Source: Candidatus Harpocratesius repetitus (GTDB lineage Archaea > Asgardarchaeota > Lokiarchaeia > Sigyniarchaeales > Promethearchaeaceae). Taken from it: a DNA stretch of 32,000 nucleotides. A program made the position numbers and the translations under genes. Positions 25,802-32,000 of this stretch are shown here, in pieces. How positions within the stretch are numbered: position 1 is the first letter of the stretch; each line of letters opens with the position of its first letter. The notes below the pieces were generated by a model. It was not told the origin of the DNA. It did no database searches and worked only from the letters and a program-made list of their open reading frames with translations. Location of the stretch: assembly GCA_021498095.1 (NCBI GenBank), contig JAIZWK010000001.1:4316768-4348767 (forward strand), read 5' to 3'.

Positions 25802-26299
25802 CTATTCTTCTTCATCCTCTGTTTGATCTTCTTCAGAATCTTCTTCATCGAGATCTTCATTTTCTTCTAATTCTTCCTCATCAATACCCTCAATTTCCAT
25901 TAGTTCTTCCTTGGAAATACCTAAATTTAAAACACGAAATCCTTTCTCTTGAGCATATTCAATGAGAGCAATTCGCTTGCGTGCACCTAAACGCGAATTA
26001 ATCCGAACAGCATGAATTTTTGGATCTAATTCATCAATATCTTTAGTATGAATGACATTTATATCTTTAAATCCTGATGGATGAAGTCCACGAATTGCCT
26101 TAGGATTTCGATAACCAGGCTCGGGGGATTTCACACCAGTTTTCGTTTTTCGACGTGTTTTATTATCAATCCCACGTTGTTTGCGCCATCCAGATTTTGA
26201 TAATTTTTTATATCGCCAAGATTCATAACGTCGGAAACTCGGGCGCTTTTTGTTTTGTATTCTTCGAATTCGCATTAAGCGTGATTTATCTTCTACCAT
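25802..26299 (-). CDS. rpl32e: 50S ribosomal protein eL32 with an acidic C-terminal tail
   Basis: PSFRRYESW, WRKQRGIDNK, GYRNPKAIRGLHPSG, LGARKR, RVLN. Confidence 0.96.
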   Translation of the reverse strand: MVEDKSRLMRIRRIQNKKRPSFRRYESWRYKKLSKSGWRKQRGIDNKTRRKTKTGVKSPEPGYRNPKAIRGLHPSGFKDINVIHTKDIDELDPKIHAVRINSRLGARKRIALIEYAQEKGFRVLNLGISKEELMEIEGIDEEELEENEDLDEEDSEEDQTEDEEE

Positions 26300-26313
26300 G
26301 ATGATTCACTCCT

Positions 26314-26889
26314 TTATCGAAGTTCCCATAAAACTTCTTCACCAACTAATTTTTTATAGACATAAACACCGTCTTGAAAAACCCGCTTATCTTTTTCTCG
26401 AATTTTACACAATTTCTGAATGTTAGCGCAAGTTTGACCGACGTGTTCTTTACTCACACCAGAAACAATGACTTCTTCTTTATTGGCTTTTATTTTTACA
26501 TCGCCAATTTTTTTGGTTACTCGAGGTGCTCGTTCACCAATAAAATTTCGGATTAAAATTTCATCAGATTTACCTTTTGGAGGTTCGACTGTAATTGGAA
26601 AATGACTATATACAATTTTCATTCTATACTCATATCCCATTTGAACACCTTTAATCATGTTTCCGATTATATTTTTGATGGTATACATCTTTGCAATATC
26701 ATTTTTACGAGGAAAATCTACATGAAGGTAAATAATATTTCCAATTAATTTTAGATCAATTTTCTTTGCATGAGAAAAATCTTTTATAATTTTTCCTTTC
26801 TTACCTTCTAATGTCAAAATTTTATCTTTCAAACTTACTGAGATATCATCAGGAATTTTGACTTCTTCATCAACTGCTACATATTTCAT
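26314..26889 (-). CDS. rpl6: 50S ribosomal protein uL6
   Basis: NMIKGV..GYEYRMKIVYSHFPI, NFIGER, VGQTCANI, DKRVFQDGVY. Confidence 0.97.
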   Translation of the reverse strand: MKYVAVDEEVKIPDDISVSLKDKILTLEGKKGKIIKDFSHAKKIDLKLIGNIIYLHVDFPRKNDIAKMYTIKNIIGNMIKGVQMGYEYRMKIVYSHFPITVEPPKGKSDEILIRNFIGERAPRVTKKIGDVKIKANKEEVIVSGVSKEHVGQTCANIQKLCKIREKDKRVFQDGVYVYKKLVGEEVLWELR

Positions 26890-26909
26890 TTGACATCATC
26901 CTATAAGTA

Positions 26910-27299
26910 TTAATATACATATGCAATAAGCCTTCCACCGATATGTTTTTCTTTAGCTTCTTGATGAGACATCACTCCTTGGTTAGTGCTTATTAAAAGC
27001 ATTCCAAAGTTTATTGCAGGTAAATATTGTTTCTCTGCACTTTCGATGTTTCGAGCTTTTATCGGTTTTCGGGGTTTAATTACACCAATTTTATTAATGC
27101 GTCCGAGTAATTCAACTTTAAATTTTCCTTCTCGACCATCATTAATTGATTCATATTCTGCAATATATCCATTCGCTTGTAAAATCCGAAGAACTGTACC
27201 AATCATTTTTGAGCGTGGTCGTATAACTACGGTACTTTTACAAACTGATTCGGCATTTTTAATAATACTACAAGCGTCAGCTAAAGGATCTAATAACAT
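26910..27299 (-). CDS. rps8: 30S ribosomal protein uS8
   Basis: [54 protein letters not shown]. Confidence 0.97.
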   Translation of the reverse strand: MLLDPLADACSIIKNAESVCKSTVVIRPRSKMIGTVLRILQANGYIAEYESINDGREGKFKVELLGRINKIGVIKPRKPIKARNIESAEKQYLPAINFGMLLISTNQGVMSHQEAKEKHIGGRLIAYVY

Positions 27300-27321
27300 T
27301 TTTTGTGTTCACCTCATACCT

Positions 27322-27486
27322 CTAAAAATATTTTTTAAATCCCATCTTTGGAGCAACTTCTCGGAAACATCTTCGACATATATCCAATCCATATCTTCGT
27401 ATTAATCCTCGATGTGTACCGCATCTTCGGCATTCCCGGGCTCCTTTTCCTTTTTTCGTTAATGAAAATGTTCGTTTTTCTGACAT
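27322..27486 (-). CDS. rps14: 30S ribosomal protein uS14 (Zn-binding, S29e-like), 54 aa; missed by the ORF track
   Basis: Hand translation: [54 protein letters not shown]. It has CxxC...CxxC, the expected position between rpl5 and rps8, and a GGTG SD. Confidence 0.96.
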   Translation of the reverse strand: MSEKRTFSLTKKGKGARECRRCGTHRGLIRRYGLDICRRCFREVAPKMGFKKYF

Positions 27487-27502
27487 TTTTTACACCTATC
27501 AC

Positions 27503-28072
27503 CTAATAAAATCGTTGCTCCATAACATCAACAATTTCTACTTTGAGAAATTTCTGCATGAAATACATTGCTTCATCTTTTGAAACGTAATGATGTTCAC
27601 CAACTTTTCGGCGATCTTTTTTACGATATTTTATGCGATGTCCCGGACGCTCAATTTTACATGAAACATTGAAACCAAAGATTCCCAAATCAGGATCATA
27701 TTTGATTCCAGGGACTTTAATATGTTCATCTACACCAAAGCTAAAGTTTCCTTTATGATCAAATGCTTTTCTTAATATTCGATTATCATAAATAATCAAC
27801 ACTTTCTTCAAGAATTCTTCAGCTTCTTTTTTACGAAGAGTAACACGAGCACCAATCGCTTGGTTTTTTCGAATTGCCCATTCTTTTACATTTTTTTTAG
27901 CTTTTGTAGTAGATGGTTTTTTATCTGTTAATTCAAATAATACTCGACGAGCTTTCTTAAGTTCTTGGGCTCCAGAACTTCCTATACCAATATTAACCAC
28001 AACTTTACTAATAAAGGGTTTTTGCATAGGATGCTTCCATCTTTGTTCAAATTCTTTATAATTCTGTACCAT
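27503..28072 (-). CDS. rpl5: 50S ribosomal protein uL5
   Basis: HPMQKP.ISKVVVNIGIG, IGARVTLR, GNFSFG..EHI..PG.KYDP..GIFG. The true start is 28072, after GGAGGT. Confidence 0.97.
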   Translation of the reverse strand: MVQNYKEFEQRWKHPMQKPFISKVVVNIGIGSSGAQELKKARRVLFELTDKKPSTTKAKKNVKEWAIRKNQAIGARVTLRKKEAEEFLKKVLIIYDNRILRKAFDHKGNFSFGVDEHIKVPGIKYDPDLGIFGFNVSCKIERPGHRIKYRKKDRRKVGEHHYVSKDEAMYFMQKFLKVEIVDVMEQRFY

Positions 28073-28079
28073 TTGATTC

Positions 28080-28841
28080 TCATACCTCCAATGGTAAATC
28101 GATAGCAGGCTTATCATTTCCAATTATAAAAACATAGTCATAAGATGTACTTAATTCACCATGCTCAGTAGAAATAATAGCCAATGAAGCATTTACTCCG
28201 AAACGTTTTATTAATTCTTTAACCTGTCCAGAAACACCGATGTTCTTCCCTTGATAGATCATAGCTTGATTTCCTTCTTCAAGTGGAAAATAATCAAGAA
28301 TCTTTTGATCTGGAAGAGATATTTTCAGTGTTCCACCCGTCTTGTAGGGGATAGATGGCTTTTCTTTCGGGTTATCGATTAAAATACGAATATTTCGACC
28401 GTCATGAAGGTTTAATTGTAAATGTCCACCACGTAAAGTTGTTATTTTTAAGATTTTACATAATTTGAATTTAGCTTCTTCTTTTGTAATTTCGCTTAAT
28501 ATCAACCCGTGATTTCGTGACGGCAATACTCGATAAGCCTTGTTAATTTCATGCAATTCGACTACATCCATTAACCCAACAGGAAATCTAATATCATTTT
28601 GGGGTTTCCCATCGATAAATACTTGACCTTTATTTAAAATGAATTTTGTTTCTTTTATATTATTACTAACTTTTAGAAGATCGCGAAATATATGACCTAA
28701 AGGCAAGCTAAAATTGAAGGGATGTGGTCCAGGTCGAGCTTTTAAGAAAAATTTCCCCGCTTTACGATTTTTACGTTGAATTTGTAAATAACCCGGAGAA
28801 GCTAATCTTTTTAAGTATCGTTTATTTCCTTTACTACCCAT
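28080..28841 (-). CDS. rps4e: 30S ribosomal protein eS4
   Basis: YLKRLASP, RPGPH, VFIDGK, FPVGLMDV, KLCKI, QLNLHDGRNI, GKNIG..G. Confidence 0.97.
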   Translation of the reverse strand: MGSKGNKRYLKRLASPGYLQIQRKNRKAGKFFLKARPGPHPFNFSLPLGHIFRDLLKVSNNIKETKFILNKGQVFIDGKPQNDIRFPVGLMDVVELHEINKAYRVLPSRNHGLILSEITKEEAKFKLCKILKITTLRGGHLQLNLHDGRNIRILIDNPKEKPSIPYKTGGTLKISLPDQKILDYFPLEEGNQAMIYQGKNIGVSGQVKELIKRFGVNASLAIISTEHGELSTSYDYVFIIGNDKPAIDLPLEV

Positions 28842-28844
28842 AGT

Positions 28845-29276
28845 TTATTTTCCTCCTTTACTGGATTTTCCTTTTTTTGGAGATGTTGAGGAGACTATCT
28901 CGAGTTTTTCTTTTCGATCAATCATTTTTTCGCGCCATGGATCCATTTTTTTCTCTCCAAATTTAGTTAAAACTATTTTTGAAATGGGTACAGGAACGAA
29001 ATAATTGGAACTATCCCGTTTTTGAAGTGTTGCTTCTTCGATGGTAACTTTACGGGATTTCTTTAATATATCTAAAACTTTTCCTTCAATACCTTCAAAT
29101 TGACCTGAAATAATCCGAACAGAATCATTCTTTCTTACGGGTAATCGTTTTACACCATATTCTGCTTGTAAATTTTCATCAAGCCTAACGGTAAATAATT
29201 TGCTAACTTGATGGTTTTTAATCTTACGCAGAGCATTTCTTTGTTTTGAAGGTTTTTTACTTTTTATTCTAACCAT
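28845..29276 (-). CDS. rpl24: 50S ribosomal protein uL24
   Basis: SKKPSKQR, LPVRKNDSVRIISG (KOW), position in operon. Confidence 0.95.
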   Translation of the reverse strand: MVRIKSKKPSKQRNALRKIKNHQVSKLFTVRLDENLQAEYGVKRLPVRKNDSVRIISGQFEGIEGKVLDILKKSRKVTIEEATLQKRDSSNYFVPVPISKIVLTKFGEKKMDPWREKMIDRKEKLEIVSSTSPKKGKSSKGGK

Positions 29277-29292
29277 TTTTTTCTACCTACAC

Positions 29293-29721
29293 TTATATGA
29301 TAAGACTTGCAACATTACTTATTCGAGGCCATAAATCTGCAGATTCGCGTGCAATTGGGCCACTGATGGAACTTCCTTTTGGATCTCCATCATCGGTAAC
29401 TAAAACAGCTGCATTATCTTCAAATTGAATTCTTGTACCATCAATTCTATGAATAATTTGTTTTTGACGAACAATCACTGCTTTCATAACTTTTTTACGT
29501 AAATCAGGATTTCCTTTTTTGATACTTACAACTACCATATCTCCAACACAAGCGTTAGGATATCTGTTTAAGCGAGTTTTTCTTCCAATAACTGCAATAA
29601 CTTTTCCAAGCTTAGCACCGCTGTTATCGGTAATTTTAACTATGGTTTCAGTGGAAATACCACGTGTGATTTTAGTCCTAAAAACTGATGATGTTTTTGG
29701 TCCAGATCTTCGTCCACCCAT
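29293..29721 (-). CDS. rpl14: 50S ribosomal protein uL14
   Basis: DNSGAK, RLNRYPNACVGD, AVIVRQK, FEDNAAV, PKGS.I.GPIARE. Confidence 0.97.
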   Translation of the reverse strand: MGGRRSGPKTSSVFRTKITRGISTETIVKITDNSGAKLGKVIAVIGRKTRLNRYPNACVGDMVVVSIKKGNPDLRKKVMKAVIVRQKQIIHRIDGTRIQFEDNAAVLVTDDGDPKGSSISGPIARESADLWPRISNVASLII

Positions 29722-29724
29722 TTA

Positions 29725-30081
29725 TTATTCCTCCTTCGTTATTCGTTCAATAACAACAAAATCCACCGTTTTTGCTAATTTCCGGCATTGTGCAATTCTC
29801 ACCATATCTCCTTCTTGAACGTCAATACAGGGTGGAAGATGAGCTGCAATCTTGGATCGTCGTCGTTCATACCGCTGATATTTTGGTACATAGTAATTAT
29901 AATCTCTTTGTATTACAATGGTACCGTGCATTTTGGTAGATACCACAACACCAGATAAAATCCTCCCACGAAGACTTAATTCACCGTGAAAGGGGCAATT
30001 GGGATCTTCACATATTCGATTAGGTTCCTTTACATCGGGAATACCTATATTATGTGTTTCAGTCAATCTCATACTCTCCAT
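29725..30081 (-). CDS. rps17: 30S ribosomal protein uS17
   Basis: DPNCPFHG.LSLRGRIL.G.V, KYQRYERR, AHLPPC, CRKLAKTV.F. Confidence 0.97.
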   Translation of the reverse strand: MESMRLTETHNIGIPDVKEPNRICEDPNCPFHGELSLRGRILSGVVVSTKMHGTIVIQRDYNYYVPKYQRYERRRSKIAAHLPPCIDVQEGDMVRIAQCRKLAKTVDFVVIERITKEE

Positions 30082-30085
30082 TCTT

Positions 30086-30409
30086 TTAATGATATTTTTT
30101 ATGTATTTTTTTTCGTATTAGTTTAATGCGTTGTTCTGGTTTTCCAGCAATTTTGATTCCATCAAATTCCAATAAAATTTTAGAACCATCATCTTGAGGG
30201 AGCCAGACTCTAAATATATATTCTTTTTTAACAAAAATTTTGGTGGATTGATGCTGTTGCATAATAATTGTATTTTTTGTTTCATCAATACACTTTCCAA
30301 TGAATTTGAATTCTTTCCAAGTTGGATTTGTTTTGTGTTTTGCATCTAATTCCACACCAATTAAATCTAAATAAATAAACCATTCAGGATTATTTCTCAT
30401 GTTTTTCAT
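30086..30409 (-). CDS. rnp1: Ribonuclease P protein subunit Rpp29/POP4
   Basis: DLIGVE, GKCIDETKNTI, G.KI.GKPEQRIK; conserved archaeal position between rpl29 and rps17. Confidence 0.88.
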   Translation of the reverse strand: MKNMRNNPEWFIYLDLIGVELDAKHKTNPTWKEFKFIGKCIDETKNTIIMQQHQSTKIFVKKEYIFRVWLPQDDGSKILLEFDGIKIAGKPEQRIKLIRKKIHKKYH

Positions 30410-30590
30410 TGATTACTGTTAAAATTCTGGCAATAGATTTCTTTAATTCACGAATCTTCGATGGATCTTGCATAGTTCCACCCATTGCATTTGAACTTCG
30501 TACTTTAAACAATTCTTTCTGTAGATCTTCAAGTTTTTTTTCTCGTTCGATGGAACTCATATTCCGAATATCTTTGATTTTTACTTTCAT
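30390..30590 (-). CDS. rpl29: 50S ribosomal protein uL29
   Basis: DIRNMS, L.KELFK.R, PSKIRELKKSIARILTV.NE. Confidence 0.95.
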   Translation of the reverse strand: MKVKIKDIRNMSSIEREKKLEDLQKELFKVRSSNAMGGTMQDPSKIRELKKSIARILTVINEKHEK

Positions 30591-30610
30591 TTATTTCACC
30601 ATTAATTTTT

Positions 30611-31432
30611 TTATTCATCAACATCAAGATCGTCAGATTCTTCTTCTAAGTCATTGAGTATCTCTTCTTCATCAACAACTTCTTTCTCATCTGCTGTAAT
30701 AATTGAGGCTTCATCTACATCACTTGTGTCTTCAAAGATTTCTTCATCTTCATCTTCTGGAAGTTCATCTTGATAAAAGGGATCAACTCCTTCATCAGTT
30801 TTCTTTTCTTCAGCAGAACGATCAAAAATACCTTCTAATATCTCAACTTCATCAGGTAATTGATAAGATTCAGGCATAATTTTAACTCGAATTCCTAATA
30901 CTCCAGATTTTAAAGTAAGATGACAGACACCTCGAGATACACCTTCATCTGCAGGGGTTCCACATTTAGAAATAACACCAGCTCGAAATACTTGTGAACG
31001 TGCTCGTTGAGAAGTAACCTTTCCACTTATATGAACTTCAACTCCTCTTGCACCTGCGCGCATAATTCGACGAATAATGCTGTAGGTCGCTCGTCGGTAG
31101 TTTTGTCCTTTTTGGATAGCATATGCAATACGTTCCGCTTGAATTTGAGCATTTAATTCAGGATTTTCAACAGTTTCAACATCAATAGTTGGTACATTAA
31201 TATTGAACTTTTCTTTAACTGCATCAGTTAATTCTTTCACCTTTGCACCTCTTCGTCCAATAACAATTCCTGGTCGAGAAGTTTTAATGGTGATTCGTGT
31301 TCCCATAGGTGTTTTTTGAAGAGAGCATCCCGCGTATCCAGAATTATCAAGTTCAGAAGCAAGATATTCTTCAATTAAGGTATGTTGAAGCCCTCTATTA
31401 ACAAAATGTTTTTTGACTGGCATAAGATTCAC
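30611..31432 (-). CDS. rps3: 30S ribosomal protein uS3 with a long acidic C-terminal tail
   Basis: GYAG, TPMGTRI.I...RPG.VIGRRG, PELNA, AGARGVEVHISGK, GVLGIRVKIMP. Confidence 0.97.
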   Translation of the reverse strand: MNLMPVKKHFVNRGLQHTLIEEYLASELDNSGYAGCSLQKTPMGTRITIKTSRPGIVIGRRGAKVKELTDAVKEKFNINVPTIDVETVENPELNAQIQAERIAYAIQKGQNYRRATYSIIRRIMRAGARGVEVHISGKVTSQRARSQVFRAGVISKCGTPADEGVSRGVCHLTLKSGVLGIRVKIMPESYQLPDEVEILEGIFDRSAEEKKTDEGVDPFYQDELPEDEDEEIFEDTSDVDEASIITADEKEVVDEEEILNDLEEESDDLDVDE

Positions 31433-31433
31433 T

Positions 31434-31901
31434 TTATATTTCGGTTAAGACAATTTCTATGTGAGTTAAAACTCTAAAATAAGGAGTACTTCGACCGTGG
31501 GCGCGTTCAATATATTGCTTAACTTTTCTTCCCCGCATTACAGCAGAATGAGTTATTTTTAACCTTTCGGGATCTAATCCTTTATATTCTGCATTAGATT
31601 CAGCATTGATTAAAACTTCATAAACCATTCTGGCTGATTTTTCAGGAAAACGACCGGAAGGAAATTTAAAATTTTTCAAACCATGACGATGTCCTACTTT
31701 TTTATTATATCGCTTAAAAGGAACTGCTTTTTTTAACAATATGACATCTTCTAAATAGTTTTTCGCGGTTTCCAATTTCATCCCTTTTATGACGTTACAA
31801 ACTTCTCGTGTATTCTTAGGAGAGACATCAAGTTCTCTACCAACCGCTGTTGCAGTCCTGTCCGGATCTAAGCCTTGAACACTCATTTTCCAATTAGGCA
31901 T
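31434..31901 (-). CDS. rpl22: 50S ribosomal protein uL22
   Basis: VSPKNTREVC..IKGM, AVPFKRYNKKVGHR, GRFPEKSA, NAEYKGLD, RAHGRS.P, HIEI.L. Confidence 0.97.
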   Translation of the reverse strand: MPNWKMSVQGLDPDRTATAVGRELDVSPKNTREVCNVIKGMKLETAKNYLEDVILLKKAVPFKRYNKKVGHRHGLKNFKFPSGRFPEKSARMVYEVLINAESNAEYKGLDPERLKITHSAVMRGRKVKQYIERAHGRSTPYFRVLTHIEIVLTEI

Positions 31902-32000
31902 AAATGATTCTTTCCTTTACAGTGTTTTTAATTATAGATTTTGACTAATAATATTAACCAAAATCGCGATTCCTAACTTACGATTATGATCAAAGTGAAT

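Larger units (their letters stand above)
23436..30600 (-). promoter_or_regulatory. Recurrent Shine-Dalgarno GGTGA/GGAG motifs before internal operon genes
   Basis: GGTGA lies about 5-8 nt before the ATGs of rpl15, rpl30, rpl18, rpl19e, rps8 and rpl29; GGAG-type motifs precede rpl32e and rpl5. These were used to correct starts. Confidence 0.75.

Noticed and set aside
23613-30657. Short ORFs at 23613, 24323, 24618, 24885, 26374, 26986, 29519, 30118 and 30409 in the ribosomal cluster
   Set aside because: They are shadows of highly conserved ribosomal protein genes.
1-32000. tRNA, rRNA genes and CRISPR arrays
   Set aside because: No cloverleaf or T-loop signature, no GC-rich structural RNA island, and no regularly spaced 23-47-bp repeats seen by eye; a tRNAscan or Infernal run would be decisive.

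Overview
Very AT-rich (roughly 30% GC by eye) archaeal chromosomal window, most consistent with an Asgard/Lokiarchaeia-like organism; the taxon is inferred from the archaeal gene set, low GC and protein style, not proven. In order it holds: two adjacent DDE transposases (an ISH3/IS4-like one cut by the window edge, and a Zn-ribbon IS1/IS6-like one split by a -1 frameshift); a NIP7-PUA + NOP2/NSUN m5C methyltransferase pair; a minus-strand cluster of larC, a NikR-fold regulator that appears to start at ATT, and an un-called ~100-aa MoaD-related (DUF1952-like) protein ending in RGGG; a GH20 hexosaminidase; a degenerate alkaline-phosphatase-fold protein; a NapH/MauN-type polyferredoxin; aCPSF1/FttA; aroE; a coiled-coil/acidic orphan; AbrB-ACT plus a catalytically incomplete GH2; panE; a GNAT; a wHTH + orphan pair behind a ~12% GC spacer; a TPR protein; and the rpl22 to rpl15 block of the S10/spc ribosomal cluster. 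That block includes Rpp29 and an rps14 missed by the ORF track, lacks secY downstream, and apparently lacks rps19 upstream. No tRNA, rRNA or CRISPR array was seen. All family calls come from recognising motifs by eye; no database search was run.
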